A stretch of DNA of 64,000 nucleotides from a virus, in IMG/VR virus record IMGVR_UViG_3300020229_000001, positions 30,386-94,385 of that record, one strand, 5' to 3'. Below, piece by piece: positions 28,343 through 38,719 of this stretch (positions are counted from its first letter, which is position 1; every line of letters starts with the position of its first letter). A program made the translations under genes and the position numbers. The notes below the pieces were generated by a model. The model was not told where the DNA came from. It worked only from the letters and a program-made list of their open reading frames with translations, and did no database searches.

Positions 28343-28860
28343 ACAATTATGGTTTTTTTGAGGTCAGAAACTCGGTTTAGCCATCCGTTTTTGGCGTAGT
28401 TATATTCAGGCTTTGCCTTGCAAAGCGCAACGTAGAACTGTTCTTTCTTTTGGCAGTATGCTAATGCCACCTCTGTGGGCGTTTTGAGCGTGCAGGCCGT
28501 AATTGCAGCTCCAATGGTAGCAGGACCAATGATGCCGTCATCTTTGGCTCCTACGGTGCGTTGGAGCAGTAAAACACCTTGATGCACCCCGGAATTAACG
28601 CAGGCGTCAAAATATGCAAGCGACAATGGCCAAGGTAGCTTGTCGGCCTTGCAGTCGAGCCATTCCTGCCAGTAAATTGCGGTCGCCATCTCCTCGTTGA
28701 GGTTTTCCACGTCCACCCCCTTATGGCTACGGGCATCAATCCCGTATTTCGTGAGGCCACCCGGGTCCCGGGGGTCATGCTCACTGAGCACCTTGCCACG
28801 AGACATCACGTTCTCGTGTTCAAAGATGAACTTCATGGCATTTTTAAAATCATTTGTCAT
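28339..28860 (-). CDS. Endolysin, glycoside hydrolase family 108 with PG-binding C-terminus
   Basis: HE..DPRDPGGLTKYGI, FDACVNSG, LQRTVGAKDDGIIGPAT and GWLNRV motifs. Confidence 0.9.
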   Translation of the reverse strand: MTNDFKNAMKFIFEHENVMSRGKVLSEHDPRDPGGLTKYGIDARSHKGVDVENLNEEMATAIYWQEWLDCKADKLPWPLSLAYFDACVNSGVHQGVLLLQRTVGAKDDGIIGPATIGAAITACTLKTPTEVALAYCQKKEQFYVALCKAKPEYNYAKNGWLNRVSDLKKTIIV

Positions 28861-29096
28861 TGTGCGCTCCTTCCAAGAACTTTTGCCCATAACTCTTTGC
28901 GGTCTCGCTCGCACTCAAGAATTGCTTCTTTAAGGTCGTTAATTTGATCGCCGAGAGCCTTCATATGCTGATTTCGCTCTTCGTTTAGCCTTGTGATTAA
29001 CCCTTTATTCATTTGCTGGATAAAGCCAATCGCGACGCAGGCCATTAAAAACGGAAGCCCTTGGTTTTTTGACGCTTCTATGAGTAATTCGTTCAT
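28857..29096 (-). CDS. Small membrane protein with coiled coil (holin/antiholin-like)
   Basis: One TM helix plus a coiled coil, directly upstream of the endolysin. Confidence 0.5.
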   Translation of the reverse strand: MNELLIEASKNQGLPFLMACVAIGFIQQMNKGLITRLNEERNQHMKALGDQINDLKEAILECERDRKELWAKVLGRSAQ

Positions 29097-29098
29097 AA

Positions 29099-32000
29099 TT
29101 AATACGTTCCGAATGATGCTGCTGTTAAAATTGCGTCTCTGTTGGCTATAGTAAACGAAGTGGCAGTTGCTGCTGCGTTTGTTGGGTTAGCTCCAACAGT
29201 AAACGTCGTGAGGCTGTTGATTGCAGTCACATACAATTGTGCCGCCCCAGTGATCCCAGACGCAATTGCCGCCCCGACAACGAGGCCAGACGTTGTCCCA
29301 GTTGTTAGCGTAATAAGCGCACTTCCCGTTGTCCAAGTGCCAGCCAATGAGACAAGTGCCGTCAGGTATTCAGTGTTTCCATCCCATTCTACGGAATGCA
29401 CTACTGGCGTTGTTTGAACTACCCCAGCTTGAAACTTTGTTGGGGCACTCGTAAGCGTTCCTGCTGCAAAATTTTGCGTTGAACTTGCGGTAAAAGTATT
29501 ACTTGCTAAAACTGCGTTAGTGTTTCCCCTTGAAGCAACAAGGCTAACGGTTAACGAGTCAACGCCAATTTGCGTTCCAGTTGCGCCTGCCACTAAACTC
29601 ACTGTCAAAATAGCCCCTTGGTTGCCTGTACCAGAGGTAATTGTGACTAAAAGAGGCGCAGTTATATTTCCTGTAAACCAGCTTGGACGAACAAGAGAAA
29701 CTCCAGTGCCAATGCTACTTACAACCCAAGGACCACTTTGCGCCAACGCCGTTTGACTCAAAAAAACAGTATCTCCAGTTGCAAGGGTTTTACCATCAAC
29801 TGTCAAAAGAGATGCCGTAACAAGCGTTGTAGGCGTTGAGTTGTAAAGTATTAGAGCCCCAGATCCAGTTGCCCCAGCACCACTGCTCATCGTGATCTGC
29901 GTCGCGCTATCAACTGTTTTAATAACGCCCGCAGCCACCCCCAAATTGATGCTCATCCCAACAACCGGAGTTATTGAGGAGGTTGCAAAAGTAATAACAC
30001 CAGAGTTTTGAGTCCAACTTGCTCCTGCAATCGTTCCGGCAGTTGCGGGAATTACGTTTGACGTTTGCCTGACTGTAACTAATTGCGGCCCTCCAACAAC
30101 GGCCCTTGCGTCTCCTGCGGTTGTAGAAGCAGTCCCACCATTTGCAATCGAAACAGGCGTTGCAATTGCTGGACCTGTAGCTCCAGTGGCTCCTAGCGTG
30201 CCAATTCCTGTGGCCCCGGTAGCTCCGACAGACCCAATCCCGGTTGCTCCAGTCGCTCCAATACTTCCAATACCCGTAGCTCCCGTAGCCCCAGCGGACC
30301 CAATGCCCGTGGCCCCCGTGGCCCCGATTGTGCCGATCCCTGTGGCCCCAGTCGCGCCAATGCTTCCAATTCCCGTTGCGCCCGTCGCGCCTTGCGTTCC
30401 AATTCCCGTGGCTCCTTGAATACCAATGCCCGTAGCTCCCGTTGACCCCTGTGTGCCAACGCCTGTGGCTCCTTGGAACCCTGTAGCGCCCAACCCTGTA
30501 GCACCTTGAAGTCCTTGCGTTCCGACTCCTGTGCTTCCCTGAGTTCCGACCCCCGTGCTCCCCTGAAAGCCCGTCGCACCAAGCCCGGTTGCCCCTTGCA
30601 AACCTTGAGTTCCAAGCCCGGTTGCTCCTTGCAATCCCTGAGTGCCGACGCCAGTAGAACCCTGATAACCAGTGGCCCCCAATCCAGTTGCTCCTTGTAA
30701 ACCTTGAGTTCCAAGACCCGTCGCCCCTTGTAAGCCTTGAGTTCCAAGACCCGTCGCCCCCGTCGCCCCAATGGCTCCGATGCCAGTAGCCCCAGTAGAT
30801 CCAATATTTCCAATCCCGGTTGCTCCTTGCGTCCCGATGCCTGTAGCCCCCGTGGACCCCTGAGTTCCGATCCCGGTTGCGCCCTGATAACCAGTTGCGC
30901 CCTGCCCGGTTGCGCCCTGTACCCCGGTAGACCCAATGCCAGTCGCCCCTTGTAGTCCTTGTGATCCTATGCCTGTGCTGCCTTGATAACCAGTTGCGCC
31001 AACGCCAGTTGCACCTTGGGACCCAATTCCTGTCGCTCCCTGATACCCAGTGCTTCCTTGATAACCCGTTGATCCAATTCCAGTTGCGCCTTGATAGCCC
31101 GTGCTTCCCTGTAATCCAGACGTAACAATAGCCCAAATCAACTGATGGTTATTGGCAAAATTCGTTGTACCGCTGCCGCCAGAAGTTTGAAGCGTTACAG
31201 GAATTACAATGTAAGAATTGTCGCCAATTGTGGGAGTGCCATTAATTTTCCAACTTTGATAATTATCGGAATTGTTTTGATCTTGAATAACAAACGTGTC
31301 CCCATTTTTATAAAGCGGGAAAAATACATCAATGTCATTTCCATTGCCGTCAATGTGCGAGAATGCAATATTTGCGGAAAGTCGCTGTGTAGCGTTGTCC
31401 CATAAAATGTGCCCATTGGTAATTGGCCCAGTAGGAGGCAGAACTTGAGTAGACGTGTCCGCTTGGTAATTAAAGAATGAGGCCGACTGCCCGTTTGCCC
31501 CCGTCAACCCGGTCGCGCCCTGATACCCGGTACTCCCAATCCCAGTCGCCCCTTGATTTCCTACACCAGTGCTGCCCTGATACCCGGTGCTGCCCTGATC
31601 CCCGGTTGATCCGATTCCAGTAGCCCCTTGATATCCAGTTGAGCCAATCCCAGTGCTACCTTGATACCCGGTCGAGCCGATGCCAGTTGCCCCCTGTAAC
31701 CCTTGAGATCCAATCCCGGTGCTGCCCTGATAACCAGTGGCTCCGATGCCCGTAGCTCCCGTGTCTCCTTGAGTTCCGACCCCGGTTGCGCCCTGCGTTC
31801 CAACGCCCGTACTGCCTTGCAATCCAGTTGCGCCGACGCCTGTAGCCCCTTGAATTCCAACGCCAGTACTGCCCTGCAATCCCTGAGTGCCAACGCCAGT
31901 GGCCCCTTGGAACCCCGTTGCGCCCAACCCCGTTGCGCCCTGAGATCCCTGCGTGCCGATGCCAGTCGCACCCTGCAAGCCCTGAGTGCCGATTCCAGTA

Positions 32001-33016
32001 GAACCCTGAAATCCCGTCGCACCAAGACCAGTTGCGCCCTGAATGCCCTGAGTTCCAACCCCCGTTGCCCCCTGCAAGCCAACTCCTGTTGCCCCTTGCG
32101 TGCCGATACCCGTGGCTCCGACGATTCCGATGCCTGTCGCGCCCTGCAATCCAATCCCGGTGCTGCCCTGATAACCCGTGGCTCCGACGCCCGTGGCTCC
32201 CGTGTCTCCTTGAGCGCCTTGCGTGCCGACTCCTGTGCTACCCTGATACCCGGTCGAGCCGATGCCCGTGGCTCCCGTGTCTCCTTGAGCGCCAATCCCA
32301 GTGCTACCTTGATAACCCGTGGCTCCGACGCCTGTAGCTCCTTGAACCCCTTGCGTGCCGACTCCTGTGCTCCCTTGAGTTCCAACCCCCGTGCTCCCCT
32401 GAAAGCCCGTCGCACCAACCCCGGTAGCGCCTTGCAAGCCCGTGCTGCCTTGATTTCCAACTCCTGTTGCCCCCTGAAGACCAACACCAGTGCTGCCTTG
32501 ATAACCCGTGGCTCCGACAGTTCCGATGCCTGTCGCGCCCTGCAATCCGATGCCTGTGCTGCCTTGATATCCAGTTGCCCCGGCCAAACCAGCCCCTGTT
32601 GAACCTTGAGTTCCAACCCCGGTTGCCCCCTGCGTGCCGATACCCGTACTGCCCTGATAGCCCGTGGCTCCAACGGTTCCGATGCCCGTGCTGCCTTGAG
32701 TTCCAACCCCGGTTGCCCCTTGGAAGCCAACACCAGTGCTGCCCTGATAGCCTGTAGCCCCGAACCCCGTAGCCCCAACCAATCCAGCTCCTGTTGAACC
32801 CTGATACCCGGTCGCCCCCTGATACCCGGTCGCGCCGATACCGCTGCCGCCACCCCCGCCATGAGTAGCAATGTATTCCAGCAACGACAGGACGTATTGC
32901 CTGTAAACCGCTGTAGACAAATTGCTGTGAATGCCCACAATTCCAGATGCTCCGGCAATCTGCTGGAGCAAAGTGAGTGCGTATTGCTGAAAAACTGCGG
33001 TAGACAAATTAGACAT
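29099..33016 (-). CDS. Large collagen-like fibre (1305 aa), probably a head fibre
   Basis: Directly follows the capsid gene; duplicated N-terminal helix SNLSTAVxxQYxLxLLxxIA; two GAT/GST repeat blocks split by a globular domain; C-terminus EWDGNT..FGTY. Confidence 0.8.
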   Translation of the reverse strand: MSNLSTAVFQQYALTLLQQIAGASGIVGIHSNLSTAVYRQYVLSLLEYIATHGGGGGSGIGATGYQGATGYQGSTGAGLVGATGFGATGYQGSTGVGFQGATGVGTQGSTGIGTVGATGYQGSTGIGTQGATGVGTQGSTGAGLAGATGYQGSTGIGLQGATGIGTVGATGYQGSTGVGLQGATGVGNQGSTGLQGATGVGATGFQGSTGVGTQGSTGVGTQGVQGATGVGATGYQGSTGIGAQGDTGATGIGSTGYQGSTGVGTQGAQGDTGATGVGATGYQGSTGIGLQGATGIGIVGATGIGTQGATGVGLQGATGVGTQGIQGATGLGATGFQGSTGIGTQGLQGATGIGTQGSQGATGLGATGFQGATGVGTQGLQGSTGVGIQGATGVGATGLQGSTGVGTQGATGVGTQGDTGATGIGATGYQGSTGIGSQGLQGATGIGSTGYQGSTGIGSTGYQGATGIGSTGDQGSTGYQGSTGVGNQGATGIGSTGYQGATGLTGANGQSASFFNYQADTSTQVLPPTGPITNGHILWDNATQRLSANIAFSHIDGNGNDIDVFFPLYKNGDTFVIQDQNNSDNYQSWKINGTPTIGDNSYIVIPVTLQTSGGSGTTNFANNHQLIWAIVTSGLQGSTGYQGATGIGSTGYQGSTGYQGATGIGSQGATGVGATGYQGSTGIGSQGLQGATGIGSTGVQGATGQGATGYQGATGIGTQGSTGATGIGTQGATGIGNIGSTGATGIGAIGATGATGLGTQGLQGATGLGTQGLQGATGLGATGYQGSTGVGTQGLQGATGLGTQGLQGATGLGATGFQGSTGVGTQGSTGVGTQGLQGATGLGATGFQGATGVGTQGSTGATGIGIQGATGIGTQGATGATGIGSIGATGATGIGTIGATGATGIGSAGATGATGIGSIGATGATGIGSVGATGATGIGTLGATGATGPAIATPVSIANGGTASTTAGDARAVVGGPQLVTVRQTSNVIPATAGTIAGASWTQNSGVITFATSSITPVVGMSINLGVAAGVIKTVDSATQITMSSGAGATGSGALILYNSTPTTLVTASLLTVDGKTLATGDTVFLSQTALAQSGPWVVSSIGTGVSLVRPSWFTGNITAPLLVTITSGTGNQGAILTVSLVAGATGTQIGVDSLTVSLVASRGNTNAVLASNTFTASSTQNFAAGTLTSAPTKFQAGVVQTTPVVHSVEWDGNTEYLTALVSLAGTWTTGSALITLTTGTTSGLVVGAAIASGITGAAQLYVTAINSLTTFTVGANPTNAAATATSFTIANRDAILTAASFGTY

Positions 33017-33036
33017 AACCTTGCGTAAGCTAATCA

Positions 33037-33069
33037 GAAGGGGCTGGCAATCTAACCAACCCCCTCTTC
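33037..33069 (-). terminator. Stem-loop after the capsid gene (probably a leaky terminator)
   Basis: Minus-strand GGGGTTGGT/GCCAGCCCC stem followed by a weak U tract. Confidence 0.5.
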
Positions 33070-33086
33070 ATTAACTCACGTTAAGA

Positions 33087-34301
33087 TTAAAGCCCAGTTG
33101 CTGCTGTGCTGCAAGGCAACGGCTGACCGTCAAACGGGCAACGCTTGTACAGAATTGGCATGACATTTTGCGGACGAATTGGCTGAATTGCACGGCTGAT
33201 TTGGTAGATGTGCTGACCAAAGTCGCCGTACAAGTTACAGTCATTGTCGCGGAAGTAAGTCCATTCCAGTTCGCCCATTGCAAGCTGCGGGGCAAATTTA
33301 AACGTGCCTTCTCCAGCGTAATTTTCTGGAACCAAACGCTTGAATGCGTCTCCTGCAACAACAAAGCCTACTTCGTAAGGAGCAGAGACCCAATCAGGGT
33401 TCCGGCGCTGGGCAAACCCGTTCGTGACAGCAGTGCTGATGATAGGATTTACAAGCACCAGATTGCCGTTGGAATCAAACCCCGTGGATCGAAGCGGTTG
33501 CTGGTCAATCCCGAACGCAAAGCCACGATAGCCTTGGAACTGGTATCCAGAAATCGAGTCTTCACCGAGTTTGAAGCTGCCAGCGGTTAGGTAGAGCAAG
33601 TCTTCCTTCACGTCAGCGTCGTTGCGAATGTTTTCAATCGCATCGGCAGAGAGCATTACTTGGAAAAACTCACCTTCCTTAGCTGCAAACGGTTCTGCGA
33701 GCATTTCTTCACGCAGGAACGTGCCAGCCCGGTACAACGTCTTGAAGTTCAGCGGACCGTCAGGAAGGGTCTGCGCGAACTTCGTGTTGATGTTCTGCAT
33801 GTCGCCCGTCAAATTGCTCGTGAACGACGCAGTGGTATTCACGACATACTTGACCCCGGACTGGATGAGGTACTGGTAACGGATGTCGGCGTTGATGATC
33901 TGAAGAATGGTCTTCTCCAAGCTGACCTGCGCCTGCAAGTACGAACCCTTGAACGCCGTCCGGGCCTGCTTAACACAGACGCGAGGGCCAGCGCCACGAA
34001 GCGTCTGGAGGCTGAACTGGTACTCCGTAGAACCCACTTGGTCGGGAGTAGCGCCGACGCCGCAAAGCGTGGTGTCCTCGACAAACGTGGGGCTTGCCAA
34101 AGAAGCAGCCGGGACGGCCATTTCTTCGACTACGGAACGCACAACATCAGAGACGTTAGGAAGAGTTCCCCCGTCTATGCTGTTTATGTATGGTGACTTA
34201 CGAGCCAAGACCTTTGCGATCTGGCCGATGATCCTGTTAACATCCTTGGATGCAAAGTTTTGGATCGTTGCGAGTGGGATACAATTGTTTGTGTCTGCCA
34301 T
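33087..34301 (-). CDS. Major capsid protein
   Basis: 404 aa, downstream of portal and scaffold; codon usage appears strongly biased; A/C-rich leader; followed by a stem-loop. Confidence 0.75.
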   Translation of the reverse strand: MADTNNCIPLATIQNFASKDVNRIIGQIAKVLARKSPYINSIDGGTLPNVSDVVRSVVEEMAVPAASLASPTFVEDTTLCGVGATPDQVGSTEYQFSLQTLRGAGPRVCVKQARTAFKGSYLQAQVSLEKTILQIINADIRYQYLIQSGVKYVVNTTASFTSNLTGDMQNINTKFAQTLPDGPLNFKTLYRAGTFLREEMLAEPFAAKEGEFFQVMLSADAIENIRNDADVKEDLLYLTAGSFKLGEDSISGYQFQGYRGFAFGIDQQPLRSTGFDSNGNLVLVNPIISTAVTNGFAQRRNPDWVSAPYEVGFVVAGDAFKRLVPENYAGEGTFKFAPQLAMGELEWTYFRDNDCNLYGDFGQHIYQISRAIQPIRPQNVMPILYKRCPFDGQPLPCSTAATGL

Positions 34302-34362
34302 AACAGTAGGTATTTAAGGTTTTTATCTAGGGTTGGTTTGGTTGGTTTGGTTTTGAGTTGTG

Positions 34363-35346
34363 TTAGTTTGTGAAGACACGGAACCCAAAGCCTGCTTCTT
34401 GACGAGCCGGGTCGGAATAGCTGCGGATCATCGTGCGCTGCGAATTTGCGTCTTGTAACCAACAGCCGCCACGGACTCGGCGACCGTAAATAGGAGCGGC
34501 GTCGTCAAAGCACCATTCGTTGACATTTCCGCCCATATCGTAGAGCGATAACTCATTTGGCGTTTTGCCACGCACTGCTTGAGCGCCTTGGCCATAGGTC
34601 AAGTTGTCTCGAGACCATGCAACAGCAGTTGACGTGTTTGACCCCGGATAGGTGTACGTTCCGCTGGAAACCCCGCCGAACGCCGCCCACTCCCATTCTT
34701 TTTCACCCGGGAGACGATAGCCAGTAGCGGCTGCGTCCACGGAAGGAACAACATCTCCGACGGTGTAAATCACCTTGGCCGTGAGTGTGCCTGTCGCCGT
34801 TGCCGTCCCGCTTACAACCGTCCTGTATGTGAACGCCGTTGGGCTAGTAACGGTGACGCTACGGACTAGGTTGTACCCAGCCGGGGTTGCGCCTGCGACC
34901 TGCACCCAGTTACCCGTGGAAAGCTTGTGCCCTAGTGGGACAATAGCGGTTGCAACAGTGCCTGTGCTCGTTAGTGACCCAACACTCAGGATGGTGGTGT
35001 AATAAACCGGGGTGAGTGTTCCTTGATTTAATGTAGCGGCATTGCACCATTTCAAGGCGTCGTACCAGTTTAGCGTTTCAACCGGGGCAGTGGCAGAATT
35101 GCCAGACCCGGAAAGCTGAAGGTCAAAGCCGTTGGCGTTAGCAAACGTCCGTTGAGCCTGAAACTCAGTCCAGTTCACTTCGGTTTCGCCAGCCTTAAAA
35201 GCAGTTACAGCCTGCCCCTTAAAATTAGTGGCGGCACTCATCGAACTAGTCCCGGTGACGGTGACCAGCGTATTCCAAACAGCTTCGCTCGTGGTAACGC
35301 CAAGAGCGGAGATTGCAACGATCAGAATTCCCTTTAGGAACTTCAT
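34363..35346 (-). CDS. Secreted FGE-sulfatase (C-type lectin fold) domain protein
   Basis: Signal peptide MKFLKGILIVAISALGVTTSEA; motifs PVETLNWYDALKWCN, YRLPGEKEWEWAA, PNELSLYDMGGNVNEWC, RGGCW, GFR. Confidence 0.85.
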   Translation of the reverse strand: MKFLKGILIVAISALGVTTSEAVWNTLVTVTGTSSMSAATNFKGQAVTAFKAGETEVNWTEFQAQRTFANANGFDLQLSGSGNSATAPVETLNWYDALKWCNAATLNQGTLTPVYYTTILSVGSLTSTGTVATAIVPLGHKLSTGNWVQVAGATPAGYNLVRSVTVTSPTAFTYRTVVSGTATATGTLTAKVIYTVGDVVPSVDAAATGYRLPGEKEWEWAAFGGVSSGTYTYPGSNTSTAVAWSRDNLTYGQGAQAVRGKTPNELSLYDMGGNVNEWCFDDAAPIYGRRVRGGCWLQDANSQRTMIRSYSDPARQEAGFGFRVFTN

Positions 35347-35349
35347 AGG

Positions 35350-35535
35350 TGTGTTTTCTAGTGGTTGAGTTTGTTCTGCCTGAACAATAACCAGTTAGAA
35401 AACTAGGCTACGTCCAAGCGTGCGGCTTCCTGTGCGGAAACGCAAAAGTCTTGTTTGTAGCCCCCGTCGTCTGGGCGGATGTTACGACCGTTTGCAGGTT
35501 TAGGTCCTGCAACCAGCTTCATACGGAGAAGCCAT
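35350..35535 (-). ncRNA. Candidate structured 5' leader RNA of the FGE/capsid transcript
   Basis: Non-coding; stems at 35516-20/35528-32, 35492-98/35506-12, 35466-70/35484-88, 35406-11/35457-62 and 35353-60/35396-403. Confidence 0.5.
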
Positions 35536-35546
35536 ACCGTGACTTG

Positions 35547-35575
35547 CTTATACCTCGCCCAATACGCTTAAGCAA
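35547..35575 (-). promoter_or_regulatory. Sigma70-like promoter for the capsid region
   Basis: TTGCTT-17 nt-TATAAG with an A-rich upstream tract. Confidence 0.55.
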
Positions 35576-35604
35576 ACTATTTTTATAACAAGGTGAAAGA
35601 TATT

Positions 35605-36192
35605 TCAGCTCGCTTTTTGCATGCTAAACATTTCCTGCATTATTGCTGATCTCTTCTTGTCGCCGCTGCTTTTTATATGTGCCACTCGCTCAAGTAATAA
35701 ACCAAATCCCGGATCGCACCCAAGGATGTCTATTTCCGGACAAACAATTTCATTTTTGCTCAACTCTTCGGAAATAAATTTACGAATTGCGCCAAGGCAA
35801 TGATCCGGCGAGGCGTAAAATAAATACGCAGGACCTTCATTCAGCATAAGCGTGTTTGTTGTTTCGCTTTTTGCAATCTGCGGAGTCAAATCTAGATTAA
35901 GGACATCGTAATCGGACATCCAACCTCCTCCAGCGGCATGCAGGGCGCACCAACGAGTGAACCGAAATTGAAACCATGCAGCGCGGGCCACAAGCCCGTT
36001 GTTCTTATTAAGCTCTTGGGCCAATTTTTGCTGTAACTTATTGTACAATGGACTTCCCTGTGCGTGAGATCGGTTGAGCATCACGGGATTCCACCCGTTA
36101 GCCGTCCACGATGTCTTCCACCAGTTGGCGCAGGCAAATTCCTCGGGCTGATCTGCGGTCGGAATTGATTGATAAAATGCGTAAATATTCAT
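35605..36192 (-). CDS. Putative GT-A glycosyltransferase (DxD type)
   Basis: SWTANGW, RWCAL..GGWMSDYDV pattern. Start MNIYAFY overlaps the upstream stop (TGATG). Confidence 0.6.
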   Translation of the reverse strand: MNIYAFYQSIPTADQPEEFACANWWKTSWTANGWNPVMLNRSHAQGSPLYNKLQQKLAQELNKNNGLVARAAWFQFRFTRWCALHAAGGGWMSDYDVLNLDLTPQIAKSETTNTLMLNEGPAYLFYASPDHCLGAIRKFISEELSKNEIVCPEIDILGCDPGFGLLLERVAHIKSSGDKKRSAIMQEMFSMQKAS

Positions 36193-37205
36193 CAGTACGT
36201 TTTGTAACCGAGGTGCTTTACAGGAATTCCAAGGTCGATATGGCATTGATGCCCCGCCTTTTTTGCTCGTCTGCAAAAAGCAACATCCTCACTGGCTCCC
36301 GTTGTTGGTAAAAAGTAATCGCCTTTCACTTCTGGTTGCGTGGCGGCAATGTCTTCAAACACTTTTCGGTGGATCATAATACAACCAGCGCCGATCCAGT
36401 CTACAGCAGCCACTTTGTCGGCAAACGCCCGGGCGTCAGCCACAAGCGACTGGTCGCTGCACATCAGCCGTGCGCCTTCCTGCCTGCCAAAGTAAGCGGC
36501 CCCGACAAGTTGCTTGCCCGCGCCCATAAGGCGGTGCAGAACGTGTCGCAGCAGCGGCTGATCCAGCATGCTGCGAGTTGACTCTACCCAGCTCTTGTAC
36601 CAAGCCGCTCGGCCAATACTCGGGATGATGTCGTGGTCCAACATGAACAGCCACTTGGCGTCTGTTTCAAGGAACTTTTGAGCAATCATATTTCGGGCAA
36701 CATGGATCTCTGTGTTAATCACGCAATCAAACCGAATGCGGTCTTTCCCAAAATCCAGCGCCATTGCCAAAAGCGCCATCGTCGTTACTGGGTTGCTTGT
36801 TCCATACCAAGGCAAACCAACAAATATATCCCGCCCGGCAAACTCGCAGCGGTACGAAGGCATTCCGTTTTGATCGTGGGACTCTGTGATTGGATTGGTG
36901 AACAATTCCTCTACGGTTTCTGGTCCTTGCGCAGAAACCGTAACGTCAGCAGGCTCTAGCTCCTTGATTTCTTCAAGAACGGCCTTGGGGCGTCGGCGCC
37001 TGCGCTCCTTACTTTCAATGGCAATGTCAATCAAATCGTCGCCTTCTATATCCCGTTGCGTAATTGGATCTTGGTCCGGATCAGGCATCCTTGCGGCAGG
37101 GCGACCACCCAACGTCTGCGGCGGGCGCACCGGGGTTGAAAACGGGTTAGCGGAATCTAGCGCCGAAAGAGTACGACGCTCCATTGGAGAGATTTTTTGC
37201 TCCAT
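36192..37205 (-). CDS. GT2-like glycosyltransferase with an N-terminal disordered extension
   Basis: ARNMIA, WLFMLDHDI, IGAGCIMIHRKVFE, SEDVAFCRRA, VKHLG motifs. Confidence 0.85.
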   Translation of the reverse strand: MEQKISPMERRTLSALDSANPFSTPVRPPQTLGGRPAARMPDPDQDPITQRDIEGDDLIDIAIESKERRRRRPKAVLEEIKELEPADVTVSAQGPETVEELFTNPITESHDQNGMPSYRCEFAGRDIFVGLPWYGTSNPVTTMALLAMALDFGKDRIRFDCVINTEIHVARNMIAQKFLETDAKWLFMLDHDIIPSIGRAAWYKSWVESTRSMLDQPLLRHVLHRLMGAGKQLVGAAYFGRQEGARLMCSDQSLVADARAFADKVAAVDWIGAGCIMIHRKVFEDIAATQPEVKGDYFLPTTGASEDVAFCRRAKKAGHQCHIDLGIPVKHLGYKTY

Positions 37206-37207
37206 AA

Positions 37208-38473
37208 TTAAGCTCCAGCCTCATCCAGCCCCATGTCAATTGCGTCCGATGCCGACATCTTAATGCGGTCATTAACATTCCCGCTTTTTGATGACGTTTG
37301 GCCTGAAACGGAATTGCGCGGCATTTTCCCAGATGCCTTAATTGAATTCAATTCTTTGGTTAGCTGCGCAATCTGTTGCTGAAGCTTTGCTCCGTTGGAC
37401 TGCTCGTAACGGAGTTGGTTTGTCACCACATGGCTTAAAGTGGCGGCTGCTGCAATTGCAGCTCGCTCACTAGAGCTTTTTGGATACAATGCCGAGTTAA
37501 ACTTAGATTCTAAATCCTTCACTCCCTCATTGTGGGCCTGAATGCGTTGCATTTGCTCTGTGGTAGCTCCGGGCGGGATCTCTTGGTAGCGAGCCCACGG
37601 AACATCTTTTGTTAGGTTTTGGACGTAACCGTGAACCTGTTGAGACTCCTGCTGATGCATCTCCTGCTGCTCGGCCTGACGCTGTTGCATCCACACCTCT
37701 TGATTTTGGGACGCCGATTCAAGATCTTGCTCACGAGCCAATTCAATGTCATCGATTTGAAGTAATGCATTTTCAAGCCTGCGAGCGTCAACATACCCGT
37801 CATCAGTTGCGGCCAGACGGTCTATGGCATTCTTTTTCCACCATGCTTTACTGACTTTTCCGGGACCTCCAGCCTCCTCAATAGACTTGATGACGTCTTC
37901 CCCAGCTTGGTGTTTTCGGAGGAGCCAATATATGTTCTCGGTGCTTTGCTTTAGAGGGGCTTCGTATTTTTGCTTAAAACTAGGGTCATTTTTAAGATCA
38001 AACGTAGCTCGAAATTTACGAAGCTCCTCGTAGTCTGGGGGCGTTTGCTGCGACGTTTCTGCGAGTTTTTGCCGTAAAATTTCAGTCTCTGCTGCTTGCT
38101 TTTTGGCGAGGCTGGCACTTTCTGTCAGTTTACGCCAATTGCTTTGCTGCTTCTCTGACATGTTTGGCGGCATCGGGATTGCCGCAATGTCGGGGTCAAT
38201 TTCGGGCTGTTGTTTCCCAAAATTTGTCTGGAAATTTGCCCCAAACGGATTTTGTACATCCTGTTTTACCTCAGGTGTTTCTGTTTGGACGCTTCTCTTG
38301 TATGTGGATGTATTGTCCGGAGAATTGTCCGGAGAATTGGTTTCGGCTGCGTCCAATGCGGAATCGATTGAATCGCTGAGTGACTGGCTGATTGGGTCAG
38401 CATCTAGCCGCGCCGCTCCTCCGTCAGGATTTGCTGCCGTGATTTCTGGTACTGTGTCTTCGGTGTCGATCAT
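37208..38473 (-). CDS. Capsid scaffolding protein
   Basis: Acidic disordered N-terminus, long coiled coils, between portal and capsid genes. Confidence 0.7.
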   Translation of the reverse strand: MIDTEDTVPEITAANPDGGAARLDADPISQSLSDSIDSALDAAETNSPDNSPDNTSTYKRSVQTETPEVKQDVQNPFGANFQTNFGKQQPEIDPDIAAIPMPPNMSEKQQSNWRKLTESASLAKKQAAETEILRQKLAETSQQTPPDYEELRKFRATFDLKNDPSFKQKYEAPLKQSTENIYWLLRKHQAGEDVIKSIEEAGGPGKVSKAWWKKNAIDRLAATDDGYVDARRLENALLQIDDIELAREQDLESASQNQEVWMQQRQAEQQEMHQQESQQVHGYVQNLTKDVPWARYQEIPPGATTEQMQRIQAHNEGVKDLESKFNSALYPKSSSERAAIAAAATLSHVVTNQLRYEQSNGAKLQQQIAQLTKELNSIKASGKMPRNSVSGQTSSKSGNVNDRIKMSASDAIDMGLDEAGA

Positions 38474-38478
38474 ATAAA

Positions 38479-38718
38479 CTACATTGTGGTGTGACTGCCA
38501 GACGCTGAATCGTCTGCTTGCGGAACGTCCGCTAAGATGTTTTCAATTGCGCGAACGATACGTTCGCACCCTTCCTTGTGCTTTGCCTCTAAGGCAACAG
38601 ACTCAATTGTTGTTCCAAGCAGCGGCGGAATTTGGTCCCGCAGATACTTGAGAAGCTTGCCCCCAGTCTGCTGGTGATATTGTCGAAATCTGGCACTGTC
38701 GGATTGATTCCACGTCAT
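38479..38718 (-). CDS. Small head-module protein
   Basis: 79 aa helical ORF between portal and scaffold. Confidence 0.55.
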   Translation of the reverse strand: MTWNQSDSARFRQYHQQTGGKLLKYLRDQIPPLLGTTIESVALEAKHKEGCERIVRAIENILADVPQADDSASGSHTTM

Positions 38719-38719
38719 A

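Noticed and set aside
30170-32840. CRISPR array or ice-nucleation repeats (GYQGST resembles GYGST)
   Set aside because: The repeats are in-frame coding with degenerate third positions, have no spacers and lack the 16-residue INP period.
29919-32958. Long alternative-frame ORFs (405, 465, 299, 247 aa) over the collagen-like gene
   Set aside because: Expected by-product of repetitive Gly codons lacking stops in other frames.
34363-35600. Diversity-generating retroelement targeting the FGE/CLec gene
   Set aside because: No reverse transcriptase, and no template repeat resembling the gene's 3' end was seen anywhere in the unit genome.
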